Assembly: GCA_051294375.1 (NCBI GenBank)
Contig: CM119266.1
Coordinates: 26,571,387-26,635,386, forward strand
DNA: 64,000 nt
Source: Paraspadella gotoi
Taxonomy: Eukaryota > Animalia > Chaetognatha
Direction: 5' to 3'
The position numbers were made by a program, and so were the translations under genes. Below are positions 1-19,486 of this stretch, in pieces. Under the pieces are notes generated by a model that saw nothing but the letters and a program-made list of their open reading frames with translations, made no database searches and was not told where the DNA came from. Each line of letters opens with the position of its first letter. Position 1 is the first letter of the stretch.

Positions 1-758
1 CAAAGCCAAACAATGAATAGATCACCGAATAGTCTGTGATCGCGACTCTACATTGCCAAATCATCTTGTAGCACTCCAGATCATCCTTGCTGTTAAAGTA
101 GTGCTGGTAGAGCAAGGGACCCTGACAAAAAATGACGTTGAAATGGAATAATGAAGAACATGTACATTATACAGCATCCTGAAACTTTAAAGTGAAAGTC
201 ATGAAATTGTGAAGCTGTACTAAAAGACGTTTCGGGCACTCAATCCTCAAGCTTAAATTAAAGACGATTACTTCGTTTTTGAGTCCCATATTTTGAGAGA
301 GAGTTGCCTCATTTCGAGTCTCAGTCCCCGAGTTCTATTCCAAGTCCCAGACTTGAACACTGAGTCTCCTACTTGGAGTCTGAGTCCCGTAGGCGGGTAA
401 ATCCTCATGTCGACGAAGTTGTCGACGTTGGCTTCGACGTAGATGGCAGAGTAGGCGTCTTTATGCTGCAGAGTGGAGAGGTGATCCACGTTCGTACCTG
501 AAGTGAAGAGAGATTCAGCGACCCGTCAAAGTGAGAAGACCAAGGGAATAACTAGAATGACAACCGCCTCGAGAAAGGATTCGTCCGTTGCTGACCTAAT
601 AAGATCGGCTCGCCGTCGCAGAGGGATGTGTTCGACCAGAAAAAGCTGTCAACTGCTATTTTGTAGTTGACGTAACAACCGATGGTATTTGCGTAGATTG
701 GCGGGATGATTACGAACAGCGCCAGTGCCAAGCCACGAATCCTAAGTTGAATGCACAT
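1..758 (-). CDS. Orphan secreted/membrane protein, 3' part off-window (exons 758-596, 497-373, 121-<1)
   Basis: ATG at 758 with hydrophobic signal-peptide-like start MCIQLRIRGLALALFVIIPPIYA; GT-AG junctions (phase 1, then phase 0) join three open exons: ...GEPILLG/TNVDHL...GLRLQ/GPLLYQHYFNSKDD...; no family recognised. Confidence 0.6.
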
Positions 759-962
759 CGCACATCTGTTTTTACTCTTAATTATTCTTAAGTTTTGTTA
801 AAACAAAGTTTTTAAAAAAAGAACCCTAGCGGATATTTCCTAAGCTAAAATTTAACTAGCGTATTCTGCGTTACATTAATTCGTAAGGAATAAGAAAAAA
901 AAATAGGGAAGCTATGCCATTTATTCGTTATCCAAAAAAATGATTTTAACTCTTTTTTACAG

Positions 963-6864
<5,902 letters not shown>

Positions 6865-7796
6865 ACGATATTGATTATATCTCATCGCATCAAGCGCTTG
6901 AATACGGGTTTTTGTAAATATTTTTTTTCAACTCGAATCATTTAAATTACTACAATATACATATATATGAAGATTTGTAATATTACAATTTTTTTTCTTT
7001 TATCCTTAGATCAGTGATAGTTTTTGCAGTCCACACCTAGCTATTAAATTTTTACAAAGGAAGAAAAAGATGAATACAATTTTGAAAGTTTTGTAATTCG
7101 CCCGCCTATCAATGAATAGTAATTTAATTCTAATTTAGACATGGTAGGGTATGGTACGGTTTCTTGTAAACGGACTGTGTTTAAATTCAAACTATTTAAC
7201 TTATCTGACAACCAAAATAAAAAAAATGTGATATCCATAATATTCCCTATCTTCGATACTTTTTCTTCATTTCAAATTTCGTTTTATTAATTTTATCTGA
7301 TCTTACTTATTATTTATTAGACAGTTTCAATGACTAGCGTTGATACTGGATACTTTTTAGCTTTGTTCTACATTTTTAGCTCTCTCTCGTTCTCTCCTTT
7401 CACCCTTTATTAATTGCAATTGAAATTTCGATTTAGCTGACCTTTAGTTAAATTTAAAAGTTATTTAGAAAGCTGTAACGCAGCATCTGGATAATATAAT
7501 TTAAACTTCTAAGTGACTCCGTTGCGCAACGTTATGTTCTATTAATATTATTAGTATTAGTATTATTAGTATTATACTTAATCTGCAAAGCCTGATAGTC
7601 AAGTTATAGCTCGGCTCTCGTAGAAATAAAAGGATAAAAAAAGTTGTATGTAACTAATTTTTTTTTTTGGGGGGGGGGCAAAATCTGTGATTTTAACGGT
7701 TACTGCATTGAAAGTATTGAAAAGAATAAAGCCTGCGGGCTTTTTCTAGCCTAGAAATTTCACAAAGACCGAAAGAGTTGTGGAAGCAATTGTTAC

Positions 7797-8586
7797 TCAA
7801 TCCTCATGGTTGAGAAGGGTTTTTCCCACGTGGTCCAGCCTCTTTGTTGAGGTTCCATTTGAACCTTTAACCGATATTTTTTTCGCGCCTCGAGTTTCAC
7901 TGAAATTCACGTTGCTCTCTTTGTTCCATTCGCCGTCATCTTCGTGTAACCTACGAGTCGACCACGTTTTCTCCGCTAATTTTTTATTAACTGTTAACAT
8001 TTCAAATTTTTTAAACTTTCGTGTTTTAAAAACGATCCTCAATTTAAATTTTCATTCGTTTACGTGATCTCTGCCAGTTTCTAATTTAAAATCCCATACC
8101 AACGTTATATCATTTTTCGCCAATAAAATTAAAATTGGAATTTTAAGTCCTACAGTGACTTTCATCTGATGCATTAATGTAAATAAACGAGTTTATTGTT
8201 TGTTCTATGAAATATAAGTCTTTAAAATTGATGTACGTAAATTTGTAATTAACTTTATTGTAATAGTCTTTGTCTCACTTATGTGACGGAACAAAAAAGT
8301 TACATAGTTTTCTAGTATGTATCCCTAACAGAACATACGATACTACAAGGAAGTCTTATCCTTATGATAAAAACAATCATACAATATAACCTTAATCCCC
8401 CCGAAATTATTTATTCCCCCCTTTTTGTTCGGCCTTGTATACATGTAGATATTATGAGTTTCTCATTAATGATTTTTCAACAGGAATGATGTAGATATCT
8501 ATTTGAAAACTCGAACATAAAGTAATCTAACCTTGAGTTGTGTAGATGCATCCTCTATTTCCAGAAGACAACACTAACGTCTCCAT
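7797..8586 (-). CDS. Possible 82-aa orphan gene (exons 8586-8532, 7990-7797)
   Basis: ATG 8586, donor AAG|gttag (phase 1), acceptor aacag matches phase; second exon is a GC-richer open frame in AT-rich DNA; no homology recognised. Confidence 0.3.
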
Positions 8587-8876
8587 CCCAAACAGATAAA
8601 TAATATTATATAATATTAAAAATATTTTAAAAAATTATTAAAATAATAAATAATAGTTATTTTTAATCTAAAAAAGTGAAACAAGTAATTTTGCAACTTT
8701 CATAAGGTAATGAAACATCAGTTTGATCGCAGTTAAAAAAATATTTTCGGATAAAAAAAATGTTCATATTACCTACTATCCATAAATATCCTTGTTTGAT
8801 TCGTATTTACTCTTTCTTCGAATGCAAAATGGATTTTGAACGCTTCTTAAAAAGTATTGCGAAAAATCGGTTGGCG

Positions 8877-9024
8877 ATTGGCTGACGCAAAAATGCGGTG
8901 AAATCACTGGCCTCTGATTGGTTCCTTGATTTCACTAAGTTCGCTCGTCGGGCTATAAAAGCTCGTTCGCGCTTTCCGTTATCGCAGGTCTCTGAAAGCG
9001 TTCTTAACATAAACGTAGGTAAGT
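8877..9024 (+). promoter_or_regulatory. Pol II promoter and short non-coding leader exon for the nucleoplasmin/EF1A unit
   Basis: Two inverted CCAAT boxes (ATTGG 8877, 8917), TATAAAA 8954-8960, pyrimidine run CTTTCC at 8972 (5'TOP-like, but closer to the TATA than the usual ~30 nt), consensus donor AG|GTAAGT at 9019. Confidence 0.65.
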
Positions 9025-9375
9025 TTTATATTAATCAGGTATGATTAGTTAATGTTATTTATTTTACTGTCTTTTTATTTATAGCTATAAAACTGCTCAT
9101 TTCTGAGCAACTTTCGACGGATCAATACATGGCGATTGGCGAAGAATTTAATTGGTCGCACTACCTTTTATAGGTACTTTATTAATTCATTAAGAATTTT
9201 TTGCAATGTCTTATAACCTATTATTGTTTAGTGAAATGTTTGCGTAGCCGATGAGTCGTTCGTTTGCCGTTACAACTATCATACCAGATTTGGAGCTGAA
9301 AAGGCATGGAGATGCCTGGACTTACATCAGGCAATTATTGTTTGAAAAATGTGTAATCGTTTCATTGCTTTAGGA

Positions 9376-9545
9376 ATTTGCAGCAATAAGTTTGATTTGT
9401 TTGACAATTTGTTTTATTTCAGTTTAGAAACGGACATGTTTCGGCTTTGAATACAAGCCTTTTTCAGCGTTGACAGATTTGTCCGTTTCTAAACTGAAAT
9501 AAAACAAATCGTTGTCCCAAACAAATCAAACTTATTCCTGCAAAT
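9376..9545. repeat. Long inverted repeat/hairpin, ~60-bp arms, 43-nt loop
   Basis: 9376-9436 is the reverse complement of 9480-9545 apart from two small bulges and one mismatch. Confidence 0.9.
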
Positions 9546-10237
9546 GTTTTAAAAATTTAACATTTATTTCTAACTAATTGTCCTGACTCTTTAGGTTTGG
9601 TTGTATGGGACCTCTCCTCAGTTCGATTGTACGCATCGCTACGCCGACAACTTTATCATCTGTCAGCGAAGTTTCGGCACGTCGATCCTGTGAAGCTTGG
9701 AACAATTGACATCACAGGACGACATGTCCCCACTTTACTATGACTGTTTCTCCGTTTTAGTCTTAGCGCTTTTAGCTTTTGACGTGACGAGGTCATGGCA
9801 CGAGAATACGCACCAAGTCATCGTTCGTACTTGTTTTCATGCCATAACTTCTTCCGTTGCCACCCCACGGGCTTGTCAATCATTTTTGAATTTTTAATGC
9901 CGACAAATTAAAATCGCTTGTCACTTCGAGGTGGATGTTTACTAGTCCGCTACCTATTGACTAGTAAGCATGCATTCCTGAAAGAGACAAAGCAAGTCTT
10001 CTAAATTTAACATGTTACGACGAAAACAAGTGCGTCTCCTTGGAAGATGCGTTTCCTACAATTTCTTCGTATCACAGGGGGACATTCTTGATTTAGTTCT
10101 TGTACCAACAATGATTGTTTTAATAATACCTTCTCCACTTGTTACGTAAATCAAATGATTTTACCGCCTCGTCAAATTATCAAAATTGACGCGATGTTAC
10201 GTCTTTATTTGACCAATTTTAGATTTTAAAAGAAACT

Positions 10238-11199
10238 ATGCCTGTGGCAACTGAAATTACATCTGGCGACAGCCGTTCCCCTTCGCCTGCTAAGGTTAAA
10301 AAGGTATTCGGTAGTCTTTCGAAAATTGTCTTCGTTATCGTTAACCTTTATCTGCTTTATCAAAAGCGAAAGACTTCGCGCCAACGCTCCAAACTCAACA
10401 TTTCCCACAATCTTTCCATCTCTGACCTGTTAACGAAGAATTTCGAGCCAGAAAAAATGCCCTCCAACGATATCGAGGTGAATATCGCATCAGGTCTTTT
10501 TGTTATACTTATTTAATTGCCCACCTTCGAATCTCAGGTTCAGTACTACCTGTGGGGTCAGGATCTCACCTGCTCCGCGCCCGACTATAAATGGGAAGTT
10601 TCTCAGAAGACCGAAGAATGCGAAGATGATTTGCGTCACATTTTGTTTCTGAAACAAGCCACACTTGGCGTCAATGCCGTTAAGGGCGAAAGGAACATTG
10701 TTCAAGTGACGTCTAAGAATCACGAGGTAATTGCTTTCAAGTTCGTATAAACTACGGTATTTTAACTCTCCATTATTTTAAGGGAAAATTGGTAACTTAC
10801 GACCTGTGCAACTTGACGTTAGATGGTTTAGAGGCTTGCACTCTCGACCTCGCTCTCCCGTATGATCAAGAGGTTTCATTTAAGCTTCTTAAGGGATCTG
10901 GCCCCGTCCACCTAGTTGGCAATCATTATGTAGAAACGCCACAGGTTAAAGCGATTTGCTTTAATTCGATATTTCGTAAATTTTAAGCTTGACCCTTTTC
11001 CTGACCACTTAAGGTTGACGATGCAGAAGAAATTGAAGCCGATGACACTGACGGTGAGGTCGAAGACTTAGCCGAAATGGAAGAAGAGGACGAAAAAGAT
11101 CTTAAGGATGGCGCCAATGAAGACTACGAAACTGACGATGAAAAAAAGGAAAACATTGCTAAAGAAAAATCGGACAAGGAAGAAGCTATGGAGGACTAA
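10238..11199 (+). CDS. Nucleoplasmin-like histone chaperone 1
   Basis: QYYLWGQDL...LFLKQATLG...GERNIVQV...VSFKLLKGSGPVHLVGNH nucleoplasmin core followed by acidic tail; exons ~10238-10477 (possibly split), 10538-10726, 10783-10944, 11014-11199; alternative start ATG ~10457. Confidence 0.85.
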
Positions 11200-11306
11200 C
11201 GTTAAATTTCGTTTTTCATTTTATAAAATTTTAAAATTCCATTGTGCAAATGATTTTACGAGTTTCTTAATAGCAAGAACTGCTTTTCTTACAAAGTTTG
11301 TTCTAA

Positions 11307-13245
<1,939 letters not shown>

Positions 13246-13583
13246 ACGAACTTTGGCCGGGTTATTTAAACTGCAATATTTTTACTTCCATCGCGCGAAG
13301 ACGCGCGATTCGTTCATTTATCATTTTTTCAAATTTTGTAGCTAGTTTTCACATGATCCAGTTATCATTCATCGATTTTTTTGAACCTTTGCGGCTGTGG
13401 GCCTATAGGGTTGGTATCAGCGTTTGTAGTCGTAACCCTTGTTAAATATGACTAGATTCTCTGATTACTTACCCTGAGGCTACTCTCTTCCGTAACCACT
13501 TTTCAAATTACCATCTTTTGATACGGAAACTTCACCGTATTTATTTCGGCCATTTAATCTTTCAGATTTTAAAAAAATTAAGG

Positions 13584-15337
13584 ATGCCGACCATTGTCAC
13601 GGAAATCGTCAATTCTATGTTTCGTGCAAATCGAAACCGAAGGGATTTCGCTAAGAAATTGCGGGATATGGACAGGAATTCCACTAACAATTCCTCCGCA
13701 AGCGAATCCGACTTCGAATCCGGGAACGACGCTAGTACTCTAAGCCAACAGCTGGAACCTCAACCAACGGAACAATATTATCTTTGGGGATGCGAATTAT
13801 CCAGGTAAGTTACGAGTTGGTACGATCTATCGAATACGCTTTTTAGGCTCGGTTTCTTGTAGGTCCCACGACGTACACGTCATAAAGATGGACGAGAGCA
13901 TTGATGAGAATCTCGAAAATCACTTGCTCTTATTGAAGAAAGCTATCGTCGGATATAATGGGATCGAAGGTCGGTCAATTATTAAATTTTATTTTTAAAA
14001 ACGTGCCCTTGAAATAACCGTAGCCGATGAAATATAAATGCTAATGTATACAGCGTTATGATAATCTGTCATGAGCATTACGGTGGAGTGATGAAAAGAT
14101 TGAGCGATGGAATAATGTTTTTTTACTGCCTTTTGTATATGAAATTGGTACAACCAATATAAAAATTGTCCATTCATTAATAAATAAGCTATCTTGCCCC
14201 TGACTTAATAAAACCATCTTTTTTTTAAAAAAAATTAAGTTCGCAGCATCATTAATTGAATTTTCTTTTTAATTATATTCTCATAAAATCATTAAGTTTC
14301 AATCATATTTTTTTAATTTTAAAAAGTTTCATATTCGCCGGAAAAAATTAAACTTTTATAAAATATATTTTTAGGTTAAGGCTACGAAAAATGACAAATG
14401 TTTCATAGAATAGTTTTTACTACAAAGCAAAAGTAAAATTTTTTTCTATTTTTAACACTAGATATTAAAATTTTTAATAACAAATTTTAGATTTAACTTT
14501 TTATAAAAAATCTTCAGTAAGAATATTTTGAGTTTATGGTTTTATAAAGATATTACTGTAAATATATTAATAATACTGTTGCCCAGATAAACAATTTTTT
14601 GTACTCATAAAATATGTTATACTTGTAAAGAGCTTATAAACTTTTTCTGTAAATAAATATTAAAAGTAATTTCTAAAGTATAAAAGTTTTTTGTCCGTTA
14701 AATATTCTTAATATACAGGTTCGTTTATGCACGTAATCGCTCTAAATCTTCTACTCGCCCGTTATAGGAGAACGCAACGTCGTCGAAATTCAAACGACTG
14801 ACTTCAACGATAAAGAACAGCGCCATCCAATTGCTTCTCTCACTCTTGGAAAAGTCGAAATGGCTGACCTCGATCTTTGCCTCAATTGGAGCAAAACTAG
14901 GGAGATCAAGCTTAAGCTGGTCATGGGATCTGGACCAATCACAATTTCAGGTAACTTAATTTTTTAACAGGTTTTGAAATTTAATTATCAACCCCTTTCC
15001 TTATTAAGGAAATCATCATATCGAGTATCTGGGCACTCCCGAGGAAGACGATCCGGATTACGTCACTGAGGAAGACGAAACCGAAGACGAAGCGGAACTC
15101 AGCACCGTGGAGGACATAGATGCTCAGGAACTACATGTAAGACTACTGATCTACTCGAGCAATTACTTACCCTAATCATTCACCTTGCCCTCATAGGAGT
15201 TAGAAGAGGATCAACGAACGACCAACGAAGGGAAAAGAAAAAGGACGTCTGGCTCTCCCGACAAAACTTCTCCAGCCAAGAAGCGCAAGAGCGACAGCGA
15301 TAACGTCGATGTTCAAGAACTTCCTCTAAAATCTTAA
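13584..15337 (+). CDS. Nucleoplasmin-like histone chaperone 2 (exons 13584-13804, 13863-13969, 14768-14950, 15009-15135, 15197-15337, approximate)
   Basis: QYYLWGCELS...LLLKKAIVG...GERNVVEI...IKLKLVMGSGPITISGNH, acidic tract, bipartite NLS KRKR-x11-KKRK. Confidence 0.87.
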
Positions 15338-15934
15338 TGCTACAATTTCCTAAACCGTATTTTAATAGTGTTGACCTTTTATTGGATAAATAAGTTTTTA
15401 AAGTTTTGTTTTTTAGTCAACTTAAATGTGCAGTCCCGATTCTAAAGCCGAAAACTACTTCAGTCGCCATAGGTAATATATGGTTGTACCAATTTCATAT
15501 ACTTTTGAAAGGTTTTGTCAATTCTTTTCTGCTTTAACTTGGATTATTTTGGATAGGTTGCTCCATTTACGCTTAACGGCACAAATTGCAATTTCTTCAT
15601 CCTCAGTAATTATTACCTGATATTCAAGACTAATCGAATCTTTCGACCCAAGGTTGCTCAACAGCATCTTTTGCAATTTCTTCATCCTCAGTAATTACTA
15701 TTGGAACTTTTTTACTTTCGCTAAGCTTACCAGCTCAATTACAGTCTAACTTTGATTTTCTATCATTTTCGTATGGTCTGCAAATATGTATGCGAAAAAA
15801 TTGTTTTCTTACAATTAAAGTTAAACCATGAATTTTAATTCTTTTTAACAATTTCGTTATCGTAGACAGATCACCGTACCTCTTCACTTAATTAGAGCCA
15901 AACTTTGTCAATGGGGTAGGTCAGTTTGATTTGA

Positions 15935-16422
15935 ACCTTTCCACATGAAGCTTCATACATTTCTGAGAGCTTTCAATGGACAAATTTTTTAAAATGGTTA
16001 AAAGCATCAATTTTTTAATATAGATAGGAAATGTCATTTTTATATTTTTAAAAGCAGATTCAGCTTATAAAGTTTTCTACACAAAATATTCTTTTTTCAA
16101 TATTTTGATAAGTGGGTCAAAATTGGGAATAACCTTAAAACATTATCATTCGATGATTTTAGCAGTTTTTATTAATTTTTAGTAATAGAACATCAATTTT
16201 AAAAAATTGTAATTATATTTTTTGCTAAGCTTTTTAAGCTCTATCAGAATCAATTAAACTTAAAATATCTAAAAAAAAATTTGACATTAAGCAATATAAT
16301 AATATTAGCAAATTACTCGTTGTTTAGAACATTTTTGCAAAAAATTTTAATAGTTAATAGCAATGAATTAGTTTAATACTATTCCCGTTAAATTTTGAAT
16401 TTGGTCGGCTACGGCTAACTTA
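15935..16422. repeat. Dispersed AT-rich repeat, copy 1 (MITE-like)
   Basis: Colinear with ~30098-30651: tttccaNatgaaNcttcatacatttctgag ... gaatttggtcggctacNgctaNNtaa. Confidence 0.75.
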
Positions 16423-17106
16423 ATGCACCCTTTTTCGTCGGTAACCTTATTCGGTAAGATGATTAAAAAGTTTAAATTTAATACGCATTTAAAGATTTTA
16501 AATTTAAATTATTCTATACCCCATGTTTTAATATGAAAAATTGCAGGATTACTTATCTTACTAGATTAGTCTTTAAATTTCTTACATTTTAAAACTTAAT
16601 ATAAAATTCTAAAGTTTGTTACATACTAAATTTAATTACTTTATTTCTTTTATGTTAGTTGTGTTAATATAAGAGGCTAAATCAAATTCGGGCAGTTATT
16701 TACAGTTCTATCAATATTTTTATCAAATGGATAATTATTTTTGAATATAATTTTCGTAATTTTGGCCAAAAAGTAAATTATTAAATTGTGGTTTTTTAAC
16801 TTCTGCTTTATCAATCTTAAAGTTAAGATTAAAATTTTTTTCATATAATTTTAATAATAGTATTACATTTTTAAAAAAAATTCAATTTAGATGGATCTCA
16901 GGATTAGTTTTAAACCCCCGCCTTTTAGCGCAATGCGCTGTTACGGCACATAGTAACCGATAGTACGGTCCGTTGATTCATTTTAAATAGTATTAAAAAT
17001 TGGTTGACTTCTTTTTATATATTTTTATAGTAAAATTTTATTTTTGTCGACCAGAAGTTGGCGTCTTTTAAAAGACATAACTAAGATTATTATTTATTTA
17101 CTTTTA

Positions 17107-17841
17107 ACCCTTAACCCCGGGCGTCAAAAAATAAAAATCCAAAATATTTATTTTGAACAGCAGCATGGATGAAAACTTCTGTCTCGACGCTTGCGCAAAT
17201 TGAGGTCCGGGCGTTTGCGTCGCTCGTCCAAGCGTCTCACCGAATGTAAAACGAGAATTTCCTAAAAGTCTAAGCGTTTATTCTCGCTGACAGACGTGGC
17301 AAATACGTGACAATAAGTCGCGAAAAGCCGAAAACGGTTTTCGGACGAGCAACGGACTATCGAAAGTGATTCTAAAAACGACTGAAAAGTCGGTCAAAAA
17401 AGTCATGAAAGCAAGGTGTTTAAACTTTTATGATAAAAATCATACGTTTTGTTCACAAAAAACAAAGTACCGATCAAAAAAAGCTGACGGGTCTATGTAC
17501 AATATATCCAAACATCAATAAATATGTTACCAAAATAAGTAAATGAAAGTTAACCTTTTTTGGCCTTGTAACGCTTCAGTGTTAGAATATCAAGATTCGT
17601 CTGGACAGTTCCATTTCGTCATTAGGACTTTATGCAAAATTTTAGTATTAAATTCGATCGAGTATTATTTGGTTGGAACGTTTTCTGGTTACAAAGGACC
17701 TCATTTTATAAAAAGAAGCCTTCTGTAAACTAATATAATTGTGATGCAGGCACCACCAAAAAATATATAAGGGGCAAGATGGCTTATTTAATGAATGGGT
17801 AATTTTGGGTTACTTTTATTTTCGCCGACCGGGGTTAAGGG
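17107..17841. mobile_element. Element bounded by ~29-bp imperfect inverted repeats (CCCTAA-associated repeat family)
   Basis: cccttaaccccgggcgtcaaaaaataaaa at 17107 versus ttttattttcgccgaccggggttaaggg ending 17840; related motifs at ~26100, ~28600, ~30880. Confidence 0.45.
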
Positions 17842-19486
17842 TGGTTTAAGAGTAGTTAGGGTTAAGGTTTATTTTTATATTGGTTGTACCAATATCATAA
17901 TTAATTTTTCTTACATGAATCTAATATGTATTTTATGGAATTAAGTTGTCTCAAAACTCGCGAAATTTGCCCTTAGTCGAACCTATAATCAAATCGCCGC
18001 GGCGCGGTCAAACCATTGTCCATCCGTTTCTCCGAAAGATGCTTTCCTAAAGTAAACACTCCTTCGCCCAAACCTCGTCTCATGAATCCTGCAGAGGTAA
18101 GTATCTTGTGGACAGCACGCGATATGAATGCAGCTGGCCCGGGCCGGGCGATTTGTGCTCCCGGTTTCTGCGTTGCGCTTTTGTTCTCGTTTCGTCTCCC
18201 TCTTCTCCCTCGCGTTCGACCCGACTCGATCCTCGCTCTTCTCTACTTTCTCTCGCTCTCGCTCCAACCTTTCTCTCTCGCTCTCTCTTTCGCTCTTCGG
18301 TTGAAAGTGGGTCTCGTGTGTGTGTATATCTCTCCGCAAGGAGAAAGAAACCGAGTCTAACCATTTTTTTATTAAACGATATTTTTTAATGGGTTCGGAA
18401 GAAGGGGGGGGGGAGTTGGCTCGAGCGTAAATTTTAGTGGAAGGTTGGGCCCCATTTCTTTTTAGTGCGAATTCTTTTGGCAGAGACTAGAAAAAAAAAT
18501 AATGCTGGTAAGTTGCGACCTTCCTCGATCTTCTCCGCCTTTCGACTTCCGCCGAGTTAAAAAAAAATTTCGTCGAAAAGAGGGCATTTTTTTGGGGAAA
18601 GGGTTTTTTTCACTGGCGGATAATTTTCATTTTCGAGGGAGAGAGAGGAAGAGAGCCTCTTCACTGCTTCGATCTCACTCTCTCTCACTCTCTCTCTCTC
18701 TCACATCCATCCAAGTTGGCAACTGTGAGTGGAGTAGGATGTGGGATTTGATCCGCCTGGCTCTCCATCCATTTTCATATTCATAATCATCGCCTCTTCT
18801 TCCCTCGATCTCCCGGTCCCGACGAAGAAAGGCTCACTCGAGAATCTCCGTCATGTGAACACAGAATAAAGAAAAGTTATTTTTTGTACAAACTTCTCTT
18901 TATTCTCAAACAACGCCGTTTTTATTTTTTTTTATTTTCAACGTGGCGCGTATATATGAAGAAGCTCTCTTCCTCTCTCTCATCCTTTCTTATATCGTTT
19001 TCTTGAGCAAATATTAAAAGGAAGAAAAAATAATCGTCGGGACATGGCTACCTCTTTATTTTTGAGGATGAAACTTTTTTCTAAAGAATTTCTCGTTTTG
19101 TAAAAGAATCTTTGAAAAATTTCGAACAAGGTCCAACAGGGATTCTTTTTTCAGATTCCATTTAAAAAATTAAAAGAAATAAAAATCCGTGGATTGAATT
19201 TCTTTTTTCGTTGCATAATTTATTATTACTGCAAATTCATATTATAATTTATTGAGTCATTCATGTTTTCCCCCCACTTTATGTGATTTCGATGATTTTC
19301 AAAGATTTTCAAAGCGCCAGAATTTGTATTTATATTGCGTCATTCTTTCCGATCCCTTTTAGAAGGCGATGCCCTTTCAGCGCGACAAATTAATGACTCT
19401 TCCACCGGTTTGCCGGCGAATGTGATGCGCGATCCCGACGTTTCTTCCACATCCCGACGCCATGTGAACGCTGTTAAACTCACGTC

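Noticed and set aside
9246-9305. C/D box snoRNA (GATGA...CTGA)
   Set aside because: C box is degenerate and no convincing rRNA guide sits next to the D box
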